Origin: Flectonema sp. DT1601
Lineage: Eukaryota
Assembly (NCBI GenBank): GCA_964019425.1
Contig: OZ025785.1
Span: 1,240,001-1,304,000 of the forward strand
Reading direction: 5' to 3'
Length of the DNA: 64,000 bases
Part shown: one piece after another, positions 11,310-21,900 of the stretch
Numbering within the stretch: the stretch's first letter is position 1
How the letters are laid out: each line of letters begins with the position of its first letter
Position numbers and translations under genes: made by a program
Notes under the pieces: model-generated
What the model saw: only the letters and a program-made list of their open reading frames with translations
What the model was told of the DNA's origin: nothing
Database searches by the model: none

Positions 11310-12083
11310 ATGACCTTACCTCCATTGCCAATCCTTGACGACCGATGCTCTATCTTTAACACCAGCAGTGACTGCGCACTGGATGCTCTCTGCATGTGGA
11401 ATGGCGACTGCCTTTCCGTGAAAACTACAGAGAATGGACAAGACCCAGTCGTGTGGATAATTGTAACTAGCTTGGTTGTAGTGTGCATTGGTATCGTAGG
11501 AATAGTGTGGTCAAAGGTCAGATACCAACGAATGAAGACAATCGAAGAGATGCACAAAGTGTCATACTCGAAATCCCTTTTACAACAAGAGCAGTCTGAT
11601 GAACTTCGAAAACGCGACCGTGAAATGGAACATTTGAAAGAGAAAGCTGGGGAGATTGAAGAACTGCAGTCAGAGCAAAAATCCCTTCAGAAAAAGGTTA
11701 AAGATGCCGATAAAGCAATACAAATTCAGGATGGGAAATTAAGTAAACAATATGAGACGATTGACAACCACGAAACCGCTCGAGCTCGGGAGGCTTCGAT
11801 CCGCGACTTGGATTCCGATTTGCGCGAGTCTGAACTTTACAGATCGATCTCATCTGGTCGCCACACTGACATCAGTAGACTAACCAGATCTCTTAATTAC
11901 TCGGGGGTTGTTAATTCATTGAAACGCTCAAGTGGGATGAGCACATATTCTATCCACAGTAAGGTTTTCAATTCTGATAGCCCATCTCCAATAACTTCCC
12001 CTGCTTGCTCTCCCACAAACAGCGTTGCTGGCTCTGCATCTGTGATAGGTACTCGAGGTTCCATTCGATTGCCAACAGTATAA
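11310..12083 (+). CDS. Hypothetical single-pass membrane protein with short Cys-rich ectodomain and cytosolic coiled coil
   Basis: 257-aa ORF: Cys cluster, hydrophobic VVWIIVTSLVVVCIGIVGIVW, E/K/Q-rich stretch and Ser-rich tail. Confidence 0.7.
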   Translation: MTLPPLPILDDRCSIFNTSSDCALDALCMWNGDCLSVKTTENGQDPVVWIIVTSLVVVCIGIVGIVWSKVRYQRMKTIEEMHKVSYSKSLLQQEQSDELRKRDREMEHLKEKAGEIEELQSEQKSLQKKVKDADKAIQIQDGKLSKQYETIDNHETARAREASIRDLDSDLRESELYRSISSGRHTDISRLTRSLNYSGVVNSLKRSSGMSTYSIHSKVFNSDSPSPITSPACSPTNSVAGSASVIGTRGSIRLPTV

Positions 12084-12886
12084 GTGACCTTGTCGCTCTC
12101 GATGATTGTGAGCCGAAAACAGCACGCGTTGTTTGTGAAAACCCTTTTCTACTTGGTTGTTTTTTTTTTGCAATCATTTTTAAACAATAAAGGTGGAACC
12201 CACTTTATAGTTTTTTTTTTTCTTTCCACATTTGTTAACTGTGCGTCATATCAAGCTGTGACTGTAGCTGCTGGATAACTGGCAATGTTCGCTTTAAGCC
12301 TATCGAGGTATTAAATTACCGAGGTCTACTCAATTTATTCTTTTTTTTTGCGCGTTCTGAGATAATTTCCTTCTACGAAATACTGACATTGTGATTATTT
12401 CACGGTTAGCTACAAAAGGAATGGAAACAAACCAATTCAGCGTGGCCCTAGTTGCATTTGTTTTGGGATTTGTTACTTTTGCCTTCCAGTATGATTCACC
12501 TATTTGTTTTTCATCTGGATGGTTTTGTTATGTCTATCTCCGCCTGCTGAATTGCAGTCTGAGTGAAGGATATACACCAGACTGCGGTCAGTAAAATTCC
12601 AAACGAAATCGTCTGTGAAGATTTCGATAGTTGAATTAAGTTTTGTAACGATGTACTGCGCAAACAGGAGGCTGAAGGATAACCGCTTACTGACAGCAGC
12701 TTTACTTTGGCCCACCACCCAGGGTGAGTCAAAGAATTTTAAAATGCTCCACTGTGAGCGTCCTTTTAATCTACGGTAAAAACTTTACCAACACTTTTGA
12801 TTTAATGATTGTATGCACCTTCATGTTACAAGATTATTGTTTCCCCCTTACAGCAAAAAAAAACTACCTTCTTCGAACAAAAATTT

Positions 12887-13957
12887 ATGATCCCTAATAA
12901 TGCTCATATATCACTGCTGGTTGTCATAGCCATCGCAGGTGGGGCAGAAGCCATGAATGCCACCGGTACTGTAACCTATTTATTAGCGTGTGATTCTTGC
13001 TGTGCTACGCCGGCGCCTGAATCAAAATCCTCAATACCAACTTGGATTTCTGTTATAGCAGGGATTGGGCTGTTGTTCCTGAGTGGATGTTTCAGTGGGC
13101 TGACACTCGGTCTTCTCGGTCTGGACACAATGGCTCTAAGGGCCGTTTCTGAAGCAGGCCAAGAGCCTCAAAAAAGCTATGCAAGAGCAATTACCCCACT
13201 GAGAAAGGATGGGAACCTACTATTGTGCACTCTCCTTTTGGGAAATGTCATGGTGAACGTAATGATTCCCATATTGTTGGCAGATCTGACGGGTGGTCTA
13301 TTCGGTTTTGTCTTCTCAACCGTTTTCATTGTTATTTTCGGGGAGATTGTTCCTCAAGCCACTTGTTCTCGCTATGCTCTTTACATCGGATCAAAATCTA
13401 TTCCCTTAGTATCTTTTTTCATGTTCATTTTGTACATCTTCGCCAAACCCATAGCAGTGGTTCTTGATAAACTCTTGGGAAGAGACGCAGGACAGATCTA
13501 TGATAAGTCAGAGCTTAAGCAACTGTTGTGGCAGCACCTAACAGAAGAGAAGCTGGAAGTAAGAGAATATCAAATTGTCTCGAGAGGATTGGATCTGCAA
13601 AAGACAGAAATTGAAGCTATAATGACCCCAGAAGACAAAATGTACAAGCTGGACATTGAAACGATACTTACTATTGATAAGCTACTCGAAATTTGGCAGA
13701 CTGGTCATTCTCGAATCCCTGTAGTTGAGAGAGTTCCTAACATGGAAAGTTCTTACCCTCCTCACCGTGAAGAATACATTGGTGTTCTGTACACCAAGGA
13801 TCTTATTACATGTCGGGTTGAAGATCGTGTTACCGTCAGACAAATTCTTGCTTTCTACAACCGAGGACCTCCACTCTTCTTGGACAAGAATACCAAGTTG
13901 GATGCTGCTCTTGATGCTTTCAAAAAGAGAAAGACGCACATGTCCATTGTCACCGAG
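12887..13957 (+). CDS. CNNM: CNNM/DUF21-CBS metal transporter, exon 1
   Basis: DUF21 motifs LSGCFSGLTLGLLGLD, LLCTLLLGNVMVN and IVIFGEIVPQA; CBS pair (IMTP, GHSRIPV, YIGVLYTKDL); donor GAG|GTATGA at 13958. Confidence 0.92.
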
Positions 13958-14086
13958 GTATGATTATTTTTTTTATGTTCCTTTTCCTTTCCTCCTCCTG
14001 TTGTCGTTGGAGTTCTAAGTTTCTCTTATTCAGGACAAGCAGTTAAAGCAAGCAACTCGTACTCCAGCTCATTAAATTGTTATTAA

Positions 14087-15621
14087 CCCTTACACCACCG
14101 TAAGAACCCCCAAAACAACGGGTCCAAAAATTTACTGTTTTTCAAAAGGAGAAAAGGTACCCCCCCAGAAAACCTATGTACCCAACCGGACACAACTACT
14201 CCTACGGGTCAATAGCACCTGTCACCCAGGTGCGTACCTCGGTGCGTTGTTGCACATTCAGCAGAACTAACAAAGTCGGCAGTGTCGCAATAACGTACTC
14301 AACGGTTTCCATTCATAGCAGCTGCATGTTATTCCCTTCCCGTATTTTGAAAGGGATAATGTTTCTGCGCAACATCATGTCAGAGGGAGCCCAAGTAAAG
14401 AGAATGCCAAATCACGGCCGATATTAAATCGAAAAATCAGATTTTCCCTGTTTTTTGAGCTTGTAAAAGCCCTCTGGTAGCGGAAAATACACAAACAACC
14501 CGCATCATGGCACAGCAGGTTCAGACACACAGGAGGATTACCGCATCGGGGTTGATAAGCTCGAAAAATATAAATAACATCGATCCCAGATCATGGAACT
14601 TCATTAGGAACAGTGCAGCTACTCAGATCAGACCGTGTTGGGCTGGATCTATAAACTTCCGCTCTTTACCCCACCAGCCTACTGGATTTTTGGGAAGTTG
14701 GCGGTTTAGGAACATCACGAGGAATTTTGTAGTTTTGGAGGATGTGATACCTTTTGAAACACGGGTAAGCACAAAGCGCTTGGTTGCATCGCTCACAGAA
14801 TTCTAGTGATTGTGCGCGCGCGGTACTGATGGTGTTATTAATAGTGTTGGTGCCGTTCTGGTACGTTTAAAATGTACCTATAAGCTGCCCAAAACAAAGC
14901 CAATTCGAAGGATAAGAATCTCTTGCTTCTCCAGCCAGATTCACTACTATCCGTCCAAATTCCACCATGCCCGTCACTTGACGAAGTATCTGACCCCAAA
15001 TGGGGAGGGGAGGTAACAAGGGTTACCAAGAATAAAAACACGTCTCCAAGAAACGTTAAAGATTAGAGTTGCACGCAACTCGGAGCTGCAGGTTTTTGAG
15101 TTTTTCTTCGGATAATCAGTTTTCCAGCTGATGAAGAAAAACTCTGAGGTCTATGCCTCACAGAGGAAGAAAATTTAAAACCAGTACGAGCAGGAGCGAA
15201 GGGCCTTTGTTGGCACAACACTACTGACGCGCCTCCCAATAAAATCTAACCTGGGGATTACTGGGGTTTGAATGACATGCTGTTGACCCCCTGTTGTTCT
15301 TTCCGCAAGTGTTTTCACATAATCGCTTCGCCGAAATACTGAGGAACTCACACTTCTCTGCGACGATGGATTAACAAATACTGTTGCATCCTCATCAGAA
15401 CTGTGGACCGACATATTTCCCAAGTTGATTTTGGCCAGCTTTAGCAAATGGAAAATTTACCATTTAATAAAAACTATTGCGGCGCAACATGTAAGGAACA
15501 TAAAAGACATCGCAATAATACCTCTCCTGTGAAATCGTTGTACTCAGAAATGCAAAATTTTCACTTAGCAAAAAAAAAATTTTTTTTTCAGACTGATATA
15601 TCAGCTCCGGTGGTGTAAGGG
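14087..15621 (-). mobile_element. Non-autonomous/decayed piggyBac-like DNA transposon in CNNM intron 1
   Basis: Perfect 14-bp TIRs CCCTTACACCACCG (14087-14100) and CGGTGGTGTAAGGG (15608-15621), flanked by TTAA and TTGA. Minus-strand remnant FCERCNQALCAYPCFKRYH (14744-14800) resembles the piggyBac transposase C-terminal Cys-rich domain. Confidence 0.82.
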
Positions 15622-15671
15622 TTGAGTTCATATTATTTTAAGTTCAGCTTCAACAATCACAACCAACACAG

Positions 15672-16099
15672 ACAATTTCCCCTGATCAGGGAGACCCTCA
15701 CGTTGAGGTTGCAGGCATTGCAACTTTAGAGGATGTAATCGAGCAACTTGTGGGTGAAGAAATTGTGGATGAGCACGACACCTACATCAACATAGGTGCC
15801 ACACGTATGAAAAAAACAGACCGTTCCACAAGCATCCCACTGGGAGCGCTCCAGCTTCAGTTGAAGAACATGCAGCATGAACAAACTGTCGCAATTGCCA
15901 AGTATCTCCAATATTCTCTCTCTGACCCATTTTCTGGGCTTTCTGAAAGCCAGGCCACATTTCTCATTAACAGGGTGGGAATGCGTGAGCTGCGCTGCTC
16001 TGTTAAGAATGTCCCAGATTCCATTACCTCGCAAGACAATGTGTGGCTGTACAAGAAAGACTGCACAATGGAAAACTTCACAATGGTGTTAAGTGGAAG
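15672..16099 (+). CDS. CNNM: CNNM transporter, exon 2
   Basis: Acceptor ACACAG at 15671; GDPHVEVAGIATLEDVIEQLVGEEIVDEHD completes CBS2; ends FTMVLSG-AG|GTGTGT. Confidence 0.9.
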
Positions 16100-16138
16100 G
16101 TGTGTATTCTTTAAATCAAATTATGAAAAAAGATAAAG

Positions 16139-16211
16139 TGGTCACAATGGGGCTCGAACCCATGGCCAATGGCTTATTAGACCAACGCTCTACCGACTGA
16201 GCTATGCGACC
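16139..16211 (-). tRNA. tRNA-Ile (anticodon AAT), copy 1
   Basis: Reverse complement GGTCGCATAGCTCAGTCGGTAGAGCGTTGGTCTAATAAGCCATTGGCCATGGGTTCGAGCCCCATTGTGACCA has an acceptor stem, D arm, CT-AAT-AA loop and GGTTCGAGCC T arm. Confidence 0.93.
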
Positions 16212-16599
16212 TCTGTTTTAAGAAAACCTTTTTCTTTTGAAGAAAACTTTTTATTTATAAAGAACTTCTAAAGAGAAACAAAAAGGTGTTTTTTATTTTT
16301 GCATTTAACAAGTATTGTAAGAACGAAAAAGAATGTTGGCAGCACACGTAAACCTCCTTTAGCTTTATCAGTCGGTTCACGGTTTCGTGCACAAACAAAA
16401 AATCACAGTGTTATATCATTATTTTCTGTATAGTTGAAGTTAAAGCCAATTCTTTTTTAAAAAACCTTCTCCCCGATACGTGTCAGGTTCCAATATTTTT
16501 TACGTCTTTTTTAATCAAAAAACGATTTTACGTAAAGCAATTTGGATGGCCCCAAGTCTTCTGAGTTACGAAACCTAAATCGGCTTCCGCCCGAAAAAG

Positions 16600-16672
16600 T
16601 GGTCACAATGGGGCTCGAACCCATGGCCAATGGCTTATTAGACCAACGCTCTACCGACTGAGCTATGCGACC
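16600..16672 (-). tRNA. tRNA-Ile (anticodon AAT), copy 2
   Basis: Identical 73-nt sequence to copy 1. Confidence 0.93.
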
Positions 16673-16975
16673 TCTGTTTTACGAGCTGCAACTTCGACAT
16701 GAAGTTTTTCGTTATTGTTCTTACCTTCTCCACATATTTACATATGTGATAAGTATAAGTCATATCTTACGATTGACAATTCCTCCCCATAAATAAATTT
16801 CTTTTTATTATTTTATTTTACACCTGCCTTACTAACTTGGGGAGAAAGAAAGGATGAACAATGGGCCTCTTATGAGGTGGGCAATTGCCCTGGACCCACA
16901 TTAAATGTACGCGTGTTTTGCGTCAGCCCGTTGCTGTAGAAAAAGAAGAGACAGTTTCAGGTAGTAATGAAAAAA

Positions 16976-17014
16976 AACCAACGATTCTAAAGCTACAGTT
17001 TCTGTACTTTATTG
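16976..17014 (+). ncRNA. Spliced-leader (mini-exon) sequence, retrocopied; not a complete SL RNA gene
   Basis: 39 nt, AACCAACGATTCTAAAGCTACAGTTTCTGTACTTTATTG. It ends in the euglenozoan SL 3' signature CAGTTTCTGTACTTTATTG and closely resembles the Diplonema SL as I recall it. It is not followed by a GT donor or SL intron. Confidence 0.88.
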
Positions 17015-17656
17015 TTTTTTCCCTCCCTCGCCCCATCCCCGTCAGCGAGTAGGAAAGCGCAGCTAGGAATTTTTCCACGCAAGCGGATCCCACAACCCGA
17101 CCACCCTTCCCCACGCTCACCCCATCCACCCTCCCCCACCCCAACAAAAGAAGAAAACGGCGGCAGCCACGTGACACACTCGTGTTCGTGTAGCGAAGCG
17201 TTTCGGCGACTTCGAAGACGACGACGACGACGACGACGTAGAAGAGACGGTGTATGTGACTGACCTTCTTCTTCCTTATTTATTTGTTTACTTTTGTTAA
17301 TTACTTCCTCTTAATTTCATTCCTCTCTTAGATTGTTGTTTATTTGCTTATTTATTTGTTTGTTTATTTGTCTGTTTATCTGTCTGTATATTCTGTTACT
17401 ATCTGTTATTTTGTTACATTTATCTGTAGTACATTTTTGTTATTGTTAAATTAAAACATCTTCTTCACAGTTTTTTCCCTCCCTCGCCCCATCCCCGTCA
17501 GCGAGTAGGAAAGCGCAGCTAGGAATTTTTCCACGCAAGCGGATCCCACAACCCGACCACCCTTCCCCACGCTCACCCCATCCACCCTCCCCCACCCCAA
17601 CAAAAGAAGAAAACGGCGGCAGCCACGTGACACACTCGTGTTCGTGTAGCGAAGCG
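17014..17656 (+). repeat. 187-bp direct repeat pair (17014-17200 and 17470-17656)
   Basis: Identical gttttttccctccctcgcc...gtgtagcgaagcg, offset 456. Copy 1 follows the SL; copy 2 follows TTCTTCACAG. Confidence 0.95.
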
Positions 17657-17718
17657 CTTAGCGCTTTAAAGTCTTTTAAGTCGCAGAAGTCGCCCCCGTC
17701 GCCCCCCGACCCCCACAG

Positions 17719-17772
17719 GGTATTGAACCCAGGTGGACCAGAAGACAGACGGTGACAAAAACCACTGCGCCA
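17719..17772 (-). promoter_or_regulatory. tRNA-like Pol III internal promoter (A box and B box)
   Basis: Minus strand TGGCGCAGTGG (A box, 17772-17762) and GGTTCAATACC (B box, 17729-17719), 32 nt apart; no complete cloverleaf seen. Confidence 0.6.
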
Positions 17773-18007
17773 AAGTATATTGTTGAAAAAAAAATTTTTT
17801 ATTGTTTATTATATATATTAATTAGGTCATATTTATTTAGAAGAATTTGGTATTACTTGTCGTTGTTTATTTAGAAAATACTAAGGAAGAAAGAGGAAGA
17901 AAAAAAAAAAAAAAAAAAAAAAGAAATTAGATTTTGCATAGGCATACTTGCAGAGGAGGAGATAAACGCGGGTCCTTCAGTAAGCTCTAGTACATCGGCG
18001 GGGTAGG

Positions 18008-18052
<45 letters not shown>

Positions 18053-18303
18053 CATCTATCTTCGGTCTACGAACGCTTTGAGTCGGCCAGCAGTCACAAA
18101 CGGACATTGAAGGCGCGGATAATTGTTGTTGCTGTGGAAACCTTGCTCTGCTGAAGAAGGAGTTGAAATTTTCCCCACCTGCATTCTGATTCGAGTTGTC
18201 TTCGAGAGTACTTTGCTTTGGTCAAAAAAAAGTTACTTATTCATCCAGCTCATACGTCCTTCTCATCTTTTCTGGAGACTGGACCGCTGGTGAACGCGCA
18301 AAC

Positions 18304-18600
18304 AGAACAAATTTTTTCTTTTGTTCTTCATTAAAACTACACTGAGACACGGTCTTCCGCAATACATCGCACGAACAGAACATATCCTTTCTTGTTCTCG
18401 TTTAAACACCGCTTTAAGACAGCGAAAAGAACATATCCTTTTTTTTGTTCTTGTTTAAACTCTGCTTTGATACACGGTCTTCCGCTAGTCAGCGCGCGAG
18501 AAGAACATATCTTTTCTTGTTCTCGTTTAAACTTTGCTTTTAAGACCTGCAAACAGAGCATATCTTTTTTTTGTTCCTGTTAAAACTCTTTTTTAAGACA
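18304..18600. repeat. Degenerate tandem repeat with internal palindrome AGAACA-N10/11-TGTTCT (about 5 copies, ~126-bp higher-order period)
   Basis: Recurrent agaacatatc(c/t)ttt...tgttct(c/t)gtttaaac...ctttaagac; acacggtcttccgc occurs twice about 125 bp apart. Confidence 0.75.
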
Positions 18601-18753
18601 AAGCGTTACGAATCAGCCTGCGGGAGGAGAAGGAAGAACTCTCTCACTAGCTTTGTTTGGTGCCCGTGGTGGTGACTACCATTCTGCGTCGGAACTGTAC
18701 GGGGGTGACCGCATAGACAGAAGAGTTCGGAAAGCGGAGGATACGCGAGCCAG

Positions 18754-18784
<31 letters not shown>

Positions 18785-18895
18785 ACTCCACACACACGTA
18801 CAGGGCTAACAAGGAGAAGAGCAGGTAAGTCGATTGTCTTTTTTCGGGTTCCATACACAAATCATCCACAGCGAAGAGAACGGAAAAGGAAGAGT

Positions 18896-18938
<43 letters not shown>

Positions 18939-18941
<3 letters not shown>

Positions 18942-21900
18942 AGAATGGAGAAAACAATGTTACTGTGTGGGTACGTGCTGCTGTGGGCACTACTAAGTGG
19001 AACGAGGGCGCAACAGACGTCCGGAGTGGGTAAGCAGAGGTTAGCCCCAGTGCCAGGCGGATGGCACACCCCTCTTTTCACAACGCTGGACAAAGGCCCA
19101 CTGTTTTCATCGCGCATCAGCCGACGCGTAACACGCCCGATCCCCCCGCACCCATTTATAACCCCCAACAGCTCAAACAGCCCCAACAATACGGCAAGCG
19201 GACGCGCTTTCCAACATGGACGAGAGGGGGTGTGGGTCCCGCGGAGGGGAACGGAAACGGCCGGGAACCGGGTGAGGCGAGACCACCCAAAGCCACCTCC
19301 AGACAAGGGAGGAAGGGAGCTCCTGAAGAGGGCGTCCCCGAAAGTGGCGTCCAAGGCGGCAAGGCGGCTGGAAAGGAGGAGGAGGAAGCTGCTGAAGGAA
19401 CGGCAGGAGAGGTGGGAGCGGTGGGCGGGAGAGTTGGAGAAGTTCCACGCCAGGCGAGAGAGGTTCCGCGCGGAGACAGAGAGGCCAAGGAAGAACAAGG
19501 CGGAGACACCGAGGAAGCGACGGGCAGGGCCCGAAAGGGACTGGACAAAGCCAGGAGGGCACAAGGCGGAGCCCAGACCATGGTATGCGAGGCCGTCAGA
19601 CCTGGCAGGAGGAGGGCAAAGCAAGGAGAGGACGAAGTGCCCGGTGGTGGGGTGCAGCGTCTGGGTGAGGGGTGACCTAGAGTACCACTTCAAACAACAC
19701 CTGAAGGGAGTGGTACCGGGGGAGGTAACGGCCCAGATGGCATCCGACAGACTCGGAAAGCAGATCTGCAAGGCCTGCGGGGAGCTGAGTACCGGATTGG
19801 TGCACCAGACAGTGAGGTGTCGGGAGATGTTGGACCTCAAGGGACGGCTGGGGGTAGCGACGGGACCCACGCCGGAACTGGCAAGCCTGAAGTGCGAGGG
19901 AGCAAAAGTATTCCGGGTGATTGGGGATGGGAATTGCCTGTTCAGGAGTGTGTGCCAACTCCTAGAGACGCCAGAGGGGTGGAAGGGCAGACATGGAGAG
20001 CTCCGCAGGAGAACGGCAGGATACCTGACCAAGAACAGGGAAAGGTTCGAGGTCTTCTTCCAGGACGCGGACGCATTCGGAGTATATGCGAGGGCGTTGG
20101 AAGAGGATGGATGCTGGGGCGATGCATTGGCCCTACAGGTCATGGCAGAGGACCTACAGTGCCGCTTCGTCGTCGTGGTGAGGACGGAAACGCTGGTGGT
20201 GGAAGGGCCATCGGACCCGAAGCGGACGCTGGTCTTGACCCTGCAAAACGGGTGCCACTACGACCCAGTGGAGGCATCCGAGGACTGCGTCGCGCGGCTG
20301 CTACAGAGCGCCCGGAGGTTGGAGTTAGTGTCGCCAGGCCCGCTGTCGCAAGCAGCAGGAGGCGAGCCGGCAGTGCTGCAGACAGCCTCCCGACAGGCCC
20401 AGCTGCACGAGTGCCCCCAAGCGGAGTGCCCGAAACACAAGGGAGGCTTCGAGGAGTGGGCGGAGCTCCTAAGACACGTGGACGAGCACGCATTCAGTGG
20501 CAACCCGCTGACGCATGGACAGTTGGCGAGGCTAGGCCTCCGGGAATGTCCGGTGTGCTGTGGGATCATCGGGCAGGACCAGCCGATGCATCCGGGGTGC
20601 AGTGAGAAACTGCAGAAGGTCCAACTGGGGGACGTGTACACGGCGTTCCGGAAGCGGGTGCTGGAGAGCCAGAGCTTCCCCTCTTTGGAGGAAATAGCCA
20701 GCAGGAGGAGGCCGATAGCGAAGAAGCTGCCGGTGCCCCTGTTGCACCATTTGGGGCGAGCACTCAAGCTGGCGCTTGATCTAGTCGTGGAGCGGAACGA
20801 TGAGTGGGCATGGAAGCTGCTCTTGATGCTCCCGACTTGTACACTGCGGAGGATACGGAGGGGGGGTAGGAGGTTGTCGACCAGCAATCTGACAGGGGCT
20901 GTCGACGACCTGCAGGCATGGATTCGGGGGGATTTTGAGGGACTGTGGAAAGCGGCGGCCCCCCGCAAGGCGACGGGAAGGCCAGCAGTGAAAGAGGCGG
21001 GGCAAAAAGGAAGGAACGACAGGGCCACGTCGCTAGCGAGGGAGGGTTGCCTGTCACAGGCGATCTCGGCCCTAGACGCGCCGCCGCCAGCAGAACGAAC
21101 CGAGAAGGTGCTGGAGCAGATGCGCACCCTACACCCGAGGGCGAGCGGACCCCCATCGGCCACGGCAGGGCAGGAGGTGCAGATAGCAGAGGTGGAGCTG
21201 CTAGCATGCCTACGCTCCTTCCACAGGGGGTCGAGTGGAGGGCCTTCGGGCCTCGCGCCGCAACACCTGAAGGACGTGGTGGAGCGGGGTGAGGTGCCGG
21301 GGCTGGTAGCCTCGATCACGGAGGTGGTGAGGATTCTGGCGAACGGGAGGGCGCCGCGGGAAGTAGCGCCGCTGCTGGCGGGGGCGAACCTGACGGCGCT
21401 GGAGAAAGAAGGGAAGCCGGGGGAGCACCGGCCAGTCGCGGTGGGGGAAACATGGAGGCGGCTGGTGGCGAAGATCCTGTGCGGGGCATACAGGTCCCAG
21501 GCGAGGAGCTCGTTGCTAGAAGTGAGACAACTGGGAGTAGCGGTGTCGGGGGGAGTGGAGGCGGCGGTGCACACCCTGCATGAGTTCCGCGCGGAGCACG
21601 CGCTCTCGTCACAGAAAGTGTTCGTGAAGATAGACTTCTCGAACGCCTTCAACTGCGTGAAGAGGGGGGCGTTCCTGGATTCGACGAGGGATACCCTGCT
21701 GGAGAGCTGGGTCAGCTGGTGTTACGGAGCGCCGACGTGGTTGCTGTTTGGGGACGAGAGGCTGAGCTCGGAGGAGGGCGCTCAGCAGGGGGATCCGTTG
21801 GGTCCCTTGCTGTTCTCGCTGGCAATCAAGCCGGCGCTGCAGAAGGTGTTGGAGGCGAAGCCGGAGTTGGCGTGCTTCTACCTGGACGATGGGCTGGTGG

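Noticed and set aside
16976..17120. SL RNA gene, or a classical CRE insertion into an SL gene
   Set aside because: The SL is not followed by a GT donor or SL intron, and no SL sequence resumes after any downstream poly(A) tail.
17217..17237. (GAC)n microsatellite, and (AAC)n near 58663
   Set aside because: Ordinary simple repeats; the latter encodes poly-Asn in the kinase tail.
18304..18600. CRISPR-like array
   Set aside because: Eukaryotic context, degenerate repeats, the inter-repeat sequences themselves repeat, and no cas genes.
18834..18944. ORF-track start of the 2877-aa ORF
   Set aside because: Non-ATG start reading through an A40 tract as poly-Lys; the first ATG is at 18945.
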